Positions 11,401-23,236 are shown, counted from the first letter of the whole stretch. The stretch: DNA of 63,068 nt, filler included, from Licmophora abbreviata (GCA_900291995.1; 11 parts of 11 records of this genome joined end to end with filler, not necessarily neighbours in it), one strand, 5' to 3'. The notes: generated by a model not told the origin, from the sequence alone. Numbers and translations are program-made.

Positions 11401-12982
11401 GTGTCCTGCCTGCATTGGCTCCGAAGCCGATAGGGAGGATATTGCATCTCGAAATGACTTACTGGGAGTCGAATCGAAAAACCAAGACATTGCAATCGTG
11501 ACGGCGAAGCCGTCGGCTACCAACGACCTCAAACCAGAGCATCTGTATGGACTCCAAGGCGCAAAGCGCAAGCCAGAACTGCCAGTGCAGGCCAAGGAGT
11601 GTCATCAATCATCCAAGAGAATGAAGCATGGAGATGCAGGAGCAGCCACGAAAGCACTGGCTATGTCGAACGTGAGTCACAAGGAGCTAGACCGGATCAA
11701 GCGTTGGACGGATGACGGCTGCTTCATTTCCGCAACCCAACCACAACGGAAGTCCGACGGTTCGTTCGCGCGACCGGGCGGTCGATGTCCAGCAGGCCTT
11801 CATTGGGATTCAAGTCGCGGTCTATTCGCGCCCAAGAATTCTCCACTTCTGAAGAAATCGAAGTACCGTGGTCGATCGACGCGTCGCCTGTTGAACGACA
11901 AGCTCACTCGCGATGAATCAGGCGTGGTTCCTGGTTCGAGTACCAAGCGCCAGCACGCCGACCCCGAGGAGCCGCACGATGCGACTCGGCGAAGTGGCAA
12001 AAACAATGGGAATGATTCTGGCATTAGTGCGAAGAAGCCATCTCGCCCGACGGCTGTGGAGCACAAGTCTGATATGGAAAGCCGACAACGAGAGGACGGC
12101 TATCTCGCTCCTGCCAAAGTCCCAAAACAGCGGCCGGATGGGACGTTCGCAAAACCGCCAGGACCAATACCCAGAGGCATGGTGTGGGACGAGGCCAAGG
12201 GTCTATGGGCGCCAAAACTGACGAAAGCCAAGAAGCGCCGACCATCGCGGCGCAGAGACTCTGTTCCGGCACTAGAACGAGGCTCTGCTTGCCGCAGAGA
12301 CTCACTCGAAGAATCTCATTTGGCTCAAGCATTCGAAGGCATGTATGCCAACTCCAAGGGTTTGAACGATAAAACCCCTCGAGCTCGACAAGTTGAGAGC
12401 ATCGTCAGCGTGGCCGAACCGAGTACGAAGGACAGGCCTAGATCTAGCTGGACTCAAGCCGAGCGGAAGGCAGACATCAAGCGTCGAGAACGTGCTGGTG
12501 GTTGTCTTGCTCCTGCCGTCAACCCGAAGCAGCTCTCTGATGGAACGTTTGCTAGACCGCCAGGGACAGCGCCTAGAGGCTTGTTGTGGGATGCCGTGCG
12601 GTGCCTCTGGGTGCCACAAGCCTTAGCAACGGAGCGCAAGTCACAGCGTAACACGATATCCGAGCCGCCCGCTGTTCCCTTGCCGGAAGATGCGATCCAC
12701 ACACCTATTTCTCAGACTCCGCGAAATGGAGACCTCTGGCCCGTAGGAAGCATTGTCAATGTGGCCAGTCGCTCCTGGCCCGGAGTAAACAAGGAGGGGG
12801 GCATTGGTAAGGTGATGGACTATCAGAAGGACGATGCGACAGGTGAAGTGTCGTACAGTGTCTCGTACCTACTTGGAGGGCGTGAGCGCAATATCCCTGC
12901 GATGTTCGTATCAGCACAGAAGTTTATCGGCCGTCGCAGCTCCGAGAGGCAATGCAGTTCGCCAGCGAGCTTGAGCTACTGA
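8415..12982 (+). CDS. Large nuclear protein: two PDZ-like domains, Cys/His motifs, PHD finger, 3x40-aa repeats, C-terminal Tudor/SH3-like domain
   Basis: PHD-type CVCG...WIRCDDCGAWYNAKKEC...WMCPAC; PDZ-like AGRAGVLPGDVI and WGFTF...SPAAAA|...DMIVAVNG; intron 10584-10666 (GTAAG..CTAAC..TAG) keeps the frame; gap flanks overlap by 50 nt, so the ORF is continuous. Confidence 0.75.
11717..12619 (+). repeat. Three 120-nt (40-aa) coding repeats
   Basis: Copies at 11717-11836, 12098-12217 and 12500-12619 align without gaps. Confidence 0.9.
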
Positions 12983-13042
12983 AGATAAGCATGACTGCAA
13001 GAACGAGTGCTTGACTTTGAAAAAGGTGATAGCTCTCTCCCA

Positions 13043-14356
13043 CTAAAGTAGATCCTGTTTCAGTTGCGATTCCACATGCTGGCAGATGGCACCTACGTTC
13101 CCTCCCACCGAAAGCTCACGACACAAAACCAGTAGATGATGTAAATTGTGCCCGAACAGTAAAATTTCCGCCAACAACTCCTTTGCTTTTACCAGGTGAT
13201 GAAGATAAGCGCGGCTGTGCTTGTTGTCTGTACACGCGAGACAAGTACATCCCTCTAGCAGCGGCCTTGAGTCCCTTTCCCAACGAGTGTCCCCCAGATC
13301 CACACACCCATCGGAATCTAATGTCAACCCACCCGACTCCAGCTGGGCTCGTTTTGACTTATTCGCCTTCCAGCAAGCAACGTCACAAACAAACGCCATC
13401 TTGGACTTCGCCCATATTTGTGGTAACGCCGTTCCCATCACCGATACTCCATTGCGCGCGGCATCGAGTATTTGAGGAGTGCTTCGAGTCGAAAGCATGG
13501 CCAGAGCGGGCTGCGAGTCCTCTTTTCGAAGTTTTCCTACTAGCTCTTGCAGTCGCGCGTTCCGCTCCTCTCTCGAGGAAATGTGGTGCCACCCAACAAG
13601 TGCAAGTCCTGCCACCTTGTCAAGGCTCTGGCACACGTGATTGAAGACCCTGTTGTTGTCAGCTTGACTACCAGTGAGGACAACAGGCGCCCATACTTCT
13701 GAGGTCCCTTTCGACTCGATCATATCATCCAGCCAAGCGATTGTCCTTTGATTTGCTGCCTCCTTGCGCCTATTCGAATCGTCATCTAGGGCTGTGTCGT
13801 ACAGTGCTACCGTCGCTTGGTGCGACGCCGAAGCGTCCGTCGCAATACTCCTGAAAAGCGTCGAGGAAAGAGGATGGCGTCCATATACAGTCCATACGAG
13901 GATATGATGGTTGGCGCTGGTCACTGTAGCTTCGCCGCGTCTGCTGTGGTCCAACACGTCTTGATATAGATCAAACGACGGCACAAGCACTCGATGATAG
14001 TCTTGAAGCACACCGTCTACTTTCTTCGAATTGAAAGTATATCCACATGTTTTCGTAGGATCGAAACACGGTTTCTTCTTATTTTTCTTCTTGATTTCTG
14101 ACATGCTTGTTTTGTTCGAGCCATCATCAAGATCACTCTGAAAAATAGGTGCAACGCAGCTGTCCCTGACAGCCACACCGATCCAGAGGTGCTCGGAAGG
14201 GGGCGCATATTTTTCCAAAAGGGCGGGTGTGAGAAAAGGAATAACGCCATCAACTGCATGGAGAAGTAGCCTGACAGGAGGGGCCGATAATGAGTCATCT
14301 CTGCTGCAGGGAGACGCTCGCTTTTTGCTTGCCATGGTGGTGCATGATGTCGACAT
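13043..14356 (-). CDS. QTRT2: Queuine tRNA-ribosyltransferase accessory subunit
   Basis: TGT zinc site GCTCLAC...SRAYLHHLVKAKELLAEILLFGHNLHH; N-terminal GVIPFLTP; catalytic-subunit DSGGFQ motif absent. Confidence 0.85.
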   Translation of the reverse strand: MSTSCTTMASKKRASPCSRDDSLSAPPVRLLLHAVDGVIPFLTPALLEKYAPPSEHLWIGVAVRDSCVAPIFQSDLDDGSNKTSMSEIKKKNKKKPCFDPTKTCGYTFNSKKVDGVLQDYHRVLVPSFDLYQDVLDHSRRGEATVTSANHHILVWTVYGRHPLSSTLFRSIATDASASHQATVALYDTALDDDSNRRKEAANQRTIAWLDDMIESKGTSEVWAPVVLTGSQADNNRVFNHVCQSLDKVAGLALVGWHHISSREERNARLQELVGKLRKEDSQPALAMLSTRSTPQILDAARNGVSVMGTALPQIWAKSKMAFVCDVACWKANKSKRAQLESGGLTLDSDGCVDLGDTRWERDSRPLLEGCTCLACTDNKHSRAYLHHLVKAKELLAEILLFGHNLHHLLVLCRELSVGGNVGAICQHVESQLKQDLL

Positions 14357-14443
14357 CGTCAGTCCTGATTTGTGGCTTTGTGCCGCAGCATCTGAAAATG
14401 TGTGTGCTATGACCGTCGTCCGGCAAAAATGGAGATTGAGTTA

Positions 14444-14553
14444 TGAGTCACGAGTGAGTCGCCTCGTGAGTGGGTCACGATTGAGTCAAGTTGTCGTCCG
14501 CCCGTCCGCCGTCTTTCCTCTGATCGTCGCCCGTCGCCACAACGAGTGAGTGA
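14444..14553 (-). promoter_or_regulatory. Cluster of GACTCACTC/TGACTCA-like motifs upstream of QTRT2
   Basis: Several GAGTGAGTC/TGAGTCA words on the + strand; the same 9-mer occurs upstream of ISWI and RPS11. Confidence 0.5.
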
Positions 14554-14702
14554 GCCAGAATGTGAGGCGAGGCTAAAACGGTACAAGTAGTTTAGAGTCC
14601 ACTCAGCATTACATGGGTGCGAACAGACGAAAAGACAGTTTCAGAATAAAAATAACAAGCAAGAATCACTGATTGATGCTAAGTTTCATCTATCTCTAGG
14701 GG

Positions 14703-15956
14703 CTACAAAAACTCTCCACACTCCTGGATTGTTCGCTTCTTGCTGGCGGTAGCTGTGCTCCATGTATTCACTTGCACATTATCAGAGGTAAGGCCAATGA
14801 CTGAGTGAAACCAGAAACTAGGCAGAATAAGCGCATCTCCGGGCTGAAGAATGATCTCGTTCATCATAGCACTGTTGCTCTCTGGAAAGTCTCTCAGATC
14901 CAGCGTAGTGTGGCGACTGCTCGGATTATGCTTGTTTCGGAGGTGCAACTCCGGACACTGCGAAGGGTCTGCAAGAAGGTAACGGCGCTGCCCTTTAATC
15001 ATGACTATTGTATTTCGTTGCTGGTCAAAGTGCATGACTTGGGAATGACGATGACGTCCAAAGGAGCAACAAGATGAATCAGTCTGAACGTGATGGCATA
15101 ATCGGCGAAAACTGTACCATACCTACTTACCGGCTGTGTTTCCCTTCATTCCAAACTTGAAATATAATGTCTGATAGTCTTGGTGAAAAAGCTCATGGTA
15201 GACGTCCGTATTTCCTGGTTTGAATCGCGGAAATTCGTCAAAGAGGGGCCAACGATAATGTTCGTCTGACGCCGACCAATGCCCTTCGGCGTACATGTAG
15301 TGATGTGTTTCGTTTGGGAGTCTATCCAGCATGAGCTCTCGAAACTTTTCATAAGTCACACGCGAGTACTCGCTTGGGGGCTTCCAGCCATTAGGGGGCG
15401 ATTCCATCCTCCTCCAATAAAGAAACTGATTTGAGGCTGATGTGTACAGAGGATAAGTCGCATTCCCAAGAATTTCCTCCACATATCTTGAATCTTGCCA
15501 TCGCCTTGCTGCTTCTACAAAATCTGGAGTGTTTAAAATGACAAACGGTACGTCAGCCTCCAGATAGTTCATGGCTTTCTGATGGTCTGAGGCGTCAAAG
15601 ACACAAAGGCCTTGGTAGATGCTTGCTGGAAGGCTTGTGTTGTCCGGATGCCAATCAGCTAAGACTTTGGAAGCCTTCCATTGGCGGGGATAGCCAGGCG
15701 AAGGGTATGTGGGGCAGTTCCATACATTGTACCGCGAGTTGGGATGGACAGAAGGATGCGCATCTCGATACATCTGTGTGGTGAGAATGAAATCGTCGAC
15801 TTCTCCTGGAGCCCTGTCCTTGAGGCACTGCGTCTCCTCGCTGCATTTACTATTGCTAAAATGTTCTTGTGTCGATTGACATGCCAGAGTCAGCGAAGAA
15901 ACGGTTAAAAACAAAGCCGCAATGCCGCATCGTTTCGCGGTCATCGTCATGGTCAA
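14703..15956 (-). CDS. Signal-peptide JmjC/cupin-like 2-oxoglutarate/Fe(II) oxygenase
   Basis: HFD...LQPGDALILPSFWFH gives the HxD..H triad; intron 15038-15130 joins the two ORFs; hydrophobic N-terminus. Confidence 0.8.
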
Positions 15957-16315
15957 CGGTCAGGGCGTCAGGGACAGCATCGAGAATCGGCGCTTGTAAA
16001 ATGTCAATTAGGTCCAACAGACTTCTATTCGACCAAGACTGTCGGGTTCATAGGCTATCTATCTACTGGTTGTACACAGTCACACATACGACCGAATCAG
16101 TACAGAGTGTATGATATCGTACAAATATGTACACGTCGTACGAGAGTTGCATCATGAAATTCAAAATTTCAGCCGAAGAAGATGTCCGGATGTTCTCTGG
16201 CCTCTCTGAGACCACTCACTGCTCACATGTCACGCTCATCATCGTATCTTTCACACAAGATCCAGCCAACCTGTCGAGGTAAACCCGCTCTACTCTTCCA
16301 TTTAGTACCAAAGAT

Positions 16316-17341
16316 ATGCCAGGCTGCGAATCTCTTGCAGTGTGCATCCGGTACGTTGATAATTGTTTCTGGTGTCAAGGGAGCTGCCGAAGCGCGACGG
16401 AAAATGGATGACCCTGAACCCTTCGTTGGATTCGCATCACACTATTTATTGGCTCGCTCACCCCAACAATCGCGGCTCACAATTCCTCTTCCACTTATCC
16501 TCACTATAGAGCATGCGTCGGCATCATGATGGTGGCCGGCCTTGTCTTGTCTTTCCTCGCCCTGGCCTCCTGCGAGTTCTTTAGTTACGATTTTTCGGAC
16601 GCAACACTCGGCCTCCTTCAAATTGGGGTTGCTGGAGAATGTGAGACTTACAACCAGGATGACTTCAATCTCAACGACTGGCATATGACGGCTCGTGTGA
16701 CTGGAGTGCTGGCGCCCATTCTTGCCCTCGTCGCCTTCCTCATCTTCCTCTTTGAAAGTTGCTGCTGCAAAGTTTGCTGTTCGCAGCTTTTCATTTCGGT
16801 GCTCCTCCAGTGTGCAACTATTGCTCAGGGGCTTACGTTCACCTTGTACAAGAGCACATTTTGGTACGTATATAGCTTCATGGAAATTCCATGGCCATGT
16901 GTCGTGCCTCTATCTCATTTTGCTTCTCCTACCCCTTGCTTGCTGTAAAACAGTGACGTACCCATTGTGGGACAGCGCTGTGACTTCGGCAACGGTGCGC
17001 TCTTTGCCGCCATTGCAGGAGTACTGTTCCTCACCAGCGGATTCACTATTTGCTGTGGACCGAAGCCAACGCCTCTTGTCGTGATGCTTCTGAACCGCGA
17101 AAAAGGAGAGAAGTCAGATGAAGAGGTTGAAGAGAAAGACGGCCAGGAAGATGACAAAGCTGCGGAAGAACAAGCTCCAGAAGATGAGGAGACCCCAGAG
17201 GATGATGGGCCGCCCGAGGATGAGGGACCCTCCGCAGGTGACGACGCTCCTGAAAACGAAGAAGTGAACACGGATATGAAGGAGACTAGCGAATCTCATG
17301 AGGTTTCCTTTGACGACAACGAAGAAAGCGTCGCTGTCTGA
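16316..17341 (+). CDS. Four-TM claudin-like membrane protein with acidic tail
   Basis: Introns 16351-16509 and 16864-16953 give MPGCESLAVCIRACVGIMMVAG...; four hydrophobic segments, ESCCCKVCC cluster, Glu/Asp-rich C-terminus. Confidence 0.65.
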
Positions 17342-17463
17342 GGGCCAACATTCGGGCGAGAAGTGATTAAAGTATGGATGGACGGTGACAGCATAGTAAA
17401 ATTGCTTTATTTGTTTATCTTTCCAGCTGAAAGAAGCTTTGTCCACTTTAACTTTAGTGATAG

Positions 17464-19020
17464 CTATGATAGAGCGGCGGCGCGGGTGTGATAGCCGACG
17501 TTCAGAGACTTGCCATGAAACGCGTGCCCATCTTCTCGAGTGACTTCGAATAGGACCCCGTCTTCTTGGAAGGCAAAGAGCATTCGCTTGCCGTCTGGTG
17601 AAAAGCTCAGCCCTGTTGTTTCACGTGAGAAGTCAATGCCTTCCAACACAGTAAAGAATTGGTTTGCACTGTTTCTGCCATGGATTCCCGAGTGGTTTCC
17701 CCTTTCTTCTGTAAAGTATAACATGTCATGATCGGCATTGAGGACCCGCGCCACCTGGTCAGGCGCTCCATCAAACACTCCTAGCGTGTACCAATGTTAA
17801 CGAGCGGGAGTGAGTCACGAGGCGCAGTGACAGCTGAAAACATGCGCACCGAGCGCAACCATAGTTATTTGACGTACCATGATTCGTCGAGTAGCGGGAG
17901 TATGTCATAGAATCCAAGCTGAGGACGAAAAGCCATTTGTCTTCTTTTGTCACGAGAAACAGAATATCCTCATCTCTATCAATGCCCTCGGACTGGGGGT
18001 AATGAGTTTCAGCATTTTGTTTTGCCTCTTCTATATCATCTGTCCAACGAAATGTTCCCTGCGTAGCATTTTCTGACTGGGGCTCGATCACCAGGAAGTC
18101 GAGCGTCCCGTCACAGTGAAGCATCTCCCATGGGTCATCCCAATCTACGTTCGAGGGGGTAAATCTCCGTAGAGCCCCCCTGGTCCGATCTTCGGAAGCG
18201 AAAAAGCGAGGCTGAGCTCGGTCCCTGTCGTCATAAGTGAAAGACTCAAACCTGCCCTTTCCGTGACCCACACTGGTCTTTTCGGATTTGCGTCTGCCAA
18301 AGGGATCAACTTGGTAGATCTCGCCGCTACCGAGTACCTCCTCGCACGACACCCACGTGTTCCATGGTGTCCGGCCTCCGCCACAGTTCATGGTCGTTCC
18401 CTTCAGCACCATAGCGTAGTGAATCACGTTGCCCTCCTTGTCAAATGTAACTGCGCCAACTCCTCCCTCGTTTTCTTCTTCCATTTCCGAGTTCGACGTG
18501 TACACAAAGCCCCCAGGGTTCTCAAGGTCGTCCTCAGGCACGGGAAAGCAAGCTCCAAAGTCTGGTCGCTTGTGGAACTGCTCGTCCGACAACCCACCGT
18601 CGCTGTACACGACTCTTCGTCCTTTTCGTAGCAACAATACGTGATTTCAATCCTTTCGATAGCAAGAGTCCATTTTCTTCTACTTTCAGGTTCCCCGGCT
18701 CGTACGTGATACCTTGTGCTCGCAACGAGTCAATTGTCGGTCCTGAGTACGACGGTGCGAGAGACAAATTAGGTCGACGGGCGGCGACGGGTGTCGGGGA
18801 CCATGGGTCTGCTGGGGTCGGTGCAAGAGTGAAAGAATCCTCATCCTGAGGTACTTCAGTATGATCTTCTGTACCTGACGCTCGTTCAGGACTGGCTTGT
18901 AATAGCACTGACGCCGCGGGGATGAGAACCAGAAGCGCGAAGAGGCCGCTGGCAATGATCAGCTTAAATCGTCGGGGCAGCTTCGCCCAAAAAGAATTGA
19001 ATGACACAAGCCGCCTCCAT
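17464..19020 (-). CDS. phoX: Membrane-anchored PhoX-family (DUF839) alkaline phosphatase; apparent frameshifts
   Basis: HKRPDFG, YTSNSE, NCGGGRTPWNTWVSCEE, SEDR, SEGID, ETTGLSFSPDGKRMLFAFQ motifs; intron 17781-17877; removing one base at 18623-18626 restores SRIVATKGRRVVY. Confidence 0.85.
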
Positions 19021-19121
19021 GNNNNNNNNNNNNNNNNNNNNNNNNNNNNNNNNNNNNNNNNNNNNTTAATTAATTAANNNNNNNNNNNNNNNNNNNNNNN
19101 NNNNNNNNNNNNNNNNNNNNN

Positions 19122-19340
19122 AAAAACACACAACTCAATCAGCAAAGTATCATTTACCTTAGCTGCGGCTTCTCCTGCTGATCCTTCTTTGTTTCTTGCC
19201 GCCAGCAAGGAAATGACTAGGATTAGGGGCAGAAGGATCGTGACTGAAAGAGCGGCGATGAGTCGGCGGTGGCGAGCACATGACGCTTCCATCTTGGGCC
19301 CGCCATATTGCCACACTCCATCGTAGTTAGCGCTAAACAT
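19122..19340 (-). CDS. 5' fragment of a type II membrane protein, truncated by gap
   Basis: MEASCARHRR followed by hydrophobic LIAALSVTILLPLILVISLLAA, running into N spacer. Confidence 0.4.
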
Positions 19341-19836
19341 GATGCTTCAATGAAAGGAGGTCGCTGTGACGGATCAACGCTCGTGATGAAGGTGCGTAGA
19401 GATCTTTTTCAGGTTTCTTGTCATCATGACATATCAAAAAATGAGCGTATTTTTTGTAATTTTGCCGTTGTGTGTGCTTGGTTTCTTTGAATTTAAAACT
19501 GTCTTCGTCACATAAAACCCTTAAATAACGACAAGACATTGACCCTTCATGTTTGTTTGATGTATTTGGCTGATCTGTCCACCGGTTGTTTGGGCTGTCC
19601 GCCGACAGGACTCGACTCCTCCATGTTCCATTGCAACGATAGCCACCCGTTTCGCGTGCAACGAACGCGTTGACTGTTAGCGTTCTCGGTTCCCAGGACC
19701 AAGAGTCAAGAGTTGAGCACTGAGCACGACGGCATGACCGCCCAGCATTGACGGTTGACGCTCTCTTGTTTCATCACACTCCGTTTCTTCGTATCCGGAA
19801 GACAACCGAGTCCGTACGTCCCATTCACTTGTAAGT

Positions 19837-21252
19837 ATGGTCCAGGGACTGGCCTTTCTGAGCAAGAAATCATGGCATACCAAGAATCTTGCCAATCAAG
19901 AAAAGGTCTGGATGGCCGAGCAGCAGAAGGCTGCAGAAGAGTCCAAAACGAAGGAACTGGCAAAACAAATCCAGCAGGAACGTGAACAGGAAGAATTGGA
20001 CCGAATTGCAGGCCGCAAAGGTCATCGGAAAGATCGAGGCATCGACTGGATGTACCAGGGAGGTACAGGAGAAGCAGCGCAAGAGGATGCGAGAAAGAAC
20101 GCAGAAGAGTATCTGCTGGGAAAGGAATATGTGCCCGAAGGGAAGTCGGGAGGAGGAGACTTTGCAGGATTTGACATGGGTGGTGTGAACGCCGCTGTGG
20201 CCGGTGCAGCGTCCGCGATTGAGCCACAAGCAACACGCGACGAAGCTGAACGCGCGGTGGAGCCCGTCGCGGGGTCCTACCAGGCTGAGCCTTCGGTCGC
20301 AGATCGCAACGAAACGTTCCGTCTGCGACACGAGGATCCCATGTTTCTTGTGAGTCAAAAGCAAAGGGAAAAACAAGTGCGGCATGACAAGACACGGGCC
20401 TTGTATGAAAGAGTCATTGGGTCCACAGCGGAAGTCCGACGAAACGTCGACGAATCCAATCGCCAAACTAAGCAGAAGGAACGAAAGCGCGAGCGAAAAC
20501 ATCGTCGCCGTCGTCGAGATGACGACCGCAGGCGCCGGCGATCACCTAGTCGTGAGGATCCACGTAGAGATGAGCGAAGGGGGCGGCGTCGATCTCATAG
20601 AAGTCGGTCGCGCAGTCGCAGTGAAGAGCGATCACCACCTCGGCAAAGGCAGAGTCATGGATATTCGGACGACTCGGAGGAGCGCTATGACCGTCGACGC
20701 AAGCGGTCTCGTAGCATAGGTCGCGAACCAAGAGCACGATCTGCGCGAAGCGAAAGTCCTGAGGCGCACCGACGACGCCGTCATTTCGACGATGATCGAA
20801 AGCGGGAAGCAGCGTCATCCTATCGACAAGGCTTTGGTCTTCAGCGGAAACCTGCACATACTACGTCATCCATTATGCCATCCCGTTCAGAAGATTTAGG
20901 CCCTACTCGTCAGCTACTACAGCAGAAGCGACAGGAAAAGGAGTCAACACGGCGTCATTTGCGAGAACAAGCTTCGAACCGTCGACGCATGACGGATCAT
21001 GAGAGGGCCGAAGCCGTTCGGGCTATGCAAGTGGATGCGACGAGGCGAGACGAGGCACAGAACCATGCCATGGCTTCCAAAAAGCGATATCACGATGACA
21101 TTCATTCGTCAGGGAGTGCAAACAAGAGTGCAGTCTTTTTACAGGAAATGGCAGAACAGACGCATGGAATTCTTGAAGGATCAACATCGTTGTCGTCCCG
21201 CGTGGCCCAGAGGCGCCATACGAATCAAAACCCCAACGACAAGTTTCTGTGA
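19837..21252 (+). CDS. CWC25: Pre-mRNA splicing factor CWC25
   Basis: Cir_N-type FLSKKSWHTKNLANQEKVWMAEQ, IDWMY, EEYLLGK, EDPMF, Arg/Ser-rich middle. Confidence 0.9.
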   Translation: MVQGLAFLSKKSWHTKNLANQEKVWMAEQQKAAEESKTKELAKQIQQEREQEELDRIAGRKGHRKDRGIDWMYQGGTGEAAQEDARKNAEEYLLGKEYVPEGKSGGGDFAGFDMGGVNAAVAGAASAIEPQATRDEAERAVEPVAGSYQAEPSVADRNETFRLRHEDPMFLVSQKQREKQVRHDKTRALYERVIGSTAEVRRNVDESNRQTKQKERKRERKHRRRRRDDDRRRRRSPSREDPRRDERRGRRRSHRSRSRSRSEERSPPRQRQSHGYSDDSEERYDRRRKRSRSIGREPRARSARSESPEAHRRRRHFDDDRKREAASSYRQGFGLQRKPAHTTSSIMPSRSEDLGPTRQLLQQKRQEKESTRRHLREQASNRRRMTDHERAEAVRAMQVDATRRDEAQNHAMASKKRYHDDIHSSGSANKSAVFLQEMAEQTHGILEGSTSLSSRVAQRRHTNQNPNDKFL

Positions 21253-21322
21253 GAAAGATCATAGACGATATGAGTTTAACAAAAGAGATCTAGCTACTTC
21301 CTAGTGTATGTGCCTCTAGTGA

Positions 21323-22759
21323 TCAGCCCTCTGCCACAATTGTTTTGGCAGCCCCGAACCCACCCTCCATTGGCTCGTCTTCCATTTCCTGGTCGCTTCC
21401 ACTGGCTTGCGCAAGATTGTACGGTGCCGACGTCGTGTTTGCTTCTCCAGCGACCTTGGTAATGTCAGCAAGTTGCTCTTTGGCGACATCAGCATCGACT
21501 TCGGCCAAGCGTTCTCGCATATCGTGCTGATCTTGTTCCGACATTTCTCGTCGTGTTATGGTATTGCCCGTATGCTGCCTCTTAGGAGGGCGTCCCGTGG
21601 ATAACTGAACACGAGATGAAATAGGCATGTAACTGGCTTGATCGTCGTTCAAAAACAAACAAAAGTTGGCATGCGGTCCCTCGTCGTCCTTGAGTGGCAC
21701 GACATCGAGATCGTACAATTGCAAGACTCGGTAGTCGTCCGTCTCTTCGTTCTCGGGCACTAGCAATTGACAATTCATGCGCGCCGTAGCATCCTTCTTT
21801 TCAACGTGCGCGACAAAGGCATCTTGCAAGGTTTTCGAGGTATCAATCTCTTGGTTGTCGAGTGGCGACTTTTTAGGAGGGTTATCGAGGACCACGTGCG
21901 TATATGCATGTCCCCAATGCTGTACATTGGGCAGCAAAGGCATAGTGGCAAGGGGCTTCAGATGAGGCTTGGTGGGATGTGTAACGGGAGTCGGTAGGAA
22001 TGTCTTGGCCACAGCAGCAGCCGATCGATCCACTTGGGACTGTTTTTCTTCCAGCTGCTCCGCAGTCTTTTGTTTGGTCTTGGCAAGGGATGTAAAGTCG
22101 TGTACCTTTCTCGAATAGTCGTTGGACAGATAGGTCGTAGCCTTCATCCAACTTTGCATGCGTTCGTCCAAGACGCGCGAGAATTCCTTCTTTTTCTTCT
22201 GCATTGTGGAGGGAGTCGTGCTCGTGGTTTCGGAAAGTAGAGAAGCCGGTACCGTGTGTCCGGCAAGCGCCAGTCTAGCCGCGGCGCGTGCCTTGTCCTG
22301 TCGGATCTTGAGCTGTTCCGCGGCGGTATCCCCCAAAGATCCGGTCCAATTTAACAGGACTTCGTCATCGGGGTGGAGCTTTTCGACTTGCGGCGTTTCT
22401 TTATAGCACCCTAGATCCATGGCCGACGGTGCTAGGGGCACTCCTAAATCTGGTTCCGAGTGCAGTTTCCAAGTGTGACTTTGGAGTGGCTGATAGCGAC
22501 TGTTGTCCAGCAGTTTTCCCTCCAGTCCAAGACCGACAAAGCAGGGTCCAACTGGCGGGCGGGGAGGAGCATTCCGAAAAGCGAATTCCATTTGAAATCC
22601 CTGAGCCCGCTGGGCAAAAAGAGATTCAAATACGGACGAGTCCCCTGAAGTTGTCGCGGCTGCCGTAGAAGACAATTTCGTGCCCTGCTTTTGCAAGACA
22701 CGCTGGGCGTGCTCTCGTCGTTTTCTTTCACGCTCTGACCCCGACCTCGACTCTTTCAT
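21323..22759 (-). CDS. PAF1: RNA polymerase II-associated factor 1
   Basis: FRNAPPRPP, EPDLGVPL, LHPDDEVLL, WMKATTYLS, HPTKPHLKPLATMPLLP match PAF1 conserved blocks. Confidence 0.85.
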   Translation of the reverse strand: MKESRSGSERERKRREHAQRVLQKQGTKLSSTAAATTSGDSSVFESLFAQRAQGFQMEFAFRNAPPRPPVGPCFVGLGLEGKLLDNSRYQPLQSHTWKLHSEPDLGVPLAPSAMDLGCYKETPQVEKLHPDDEVLLNWTGSLGDTAAEQLKIRQDKARAAARLALAGHTVPASLLSETTSTTPSTMQKKKKEFSRVLDERMQSWMKATTYLSNDYSRKVHDFTSLAKTKQKTAEQLEEKQSQVDRSAAAVAKTFLPTPVTHPTKPHLKPLATMPLLPNVQHWGHAYTHVVLDNPPKKSPLDNQEIDTSKTLQDAFVAHVEKKDATARMNCQLLVPENEETDDYRVLQLYDLDVVPLKDDEGPHANFCLFLNDDQASYMPISSRVQLSTGRPPKRQHTGNTITRREMSEQDQHDMRERLAEVDADVAKEQLADITKVAGEANTTSAPYNLAQASGSDQEMEDEPMEGGFGAAKTIVAEG

Positions 22760-23236
22760 CGCCTAGAGAAAGGATGAACAATGAAAGAGGTGAGAAAGGA
22801 AGCATCGAAGCAAAAGGATCCAGCAGCAAAGCAGGTCAGTTTCAAAAAGTTCGACATTCTTACTTTTCGCTTGGCGCGACGCTCTGATTCTTCGCGCTTG
22901 TGGCGCGCATCGTCGTCTTCCATGATGATTATGAGTTACTCTCGAATCAACAAACGTAGAGGGTCGCGAAATACGAACTGAGAAAGGCGAGCAGCGGCAA
23001 GAGGGCTCTTGCCATTGTGTCTCGTCCGCGAAAGAAAGCGGCGGCGGAGAGGAGGTGATGGACAGAAGGCCAGACATGAGGTCATGGGATGACTGGTGTT
23101 CGCTCGGTGCGAATACTCCTGCCGAATCCCATTGTGATGAAGTCGCATTGACCATGGCGATGACTGCCCGTTGCGTGTGTTTCCCAGTCCTTCCATATCC
23201 AATCACGCCTCCTCCCATCGCTTCCAGCATATCACT

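Noticed and set aside
20480..20800. Arg/Ser-rich low-complexity stretch
   Set aside because: Normal for CWC25.
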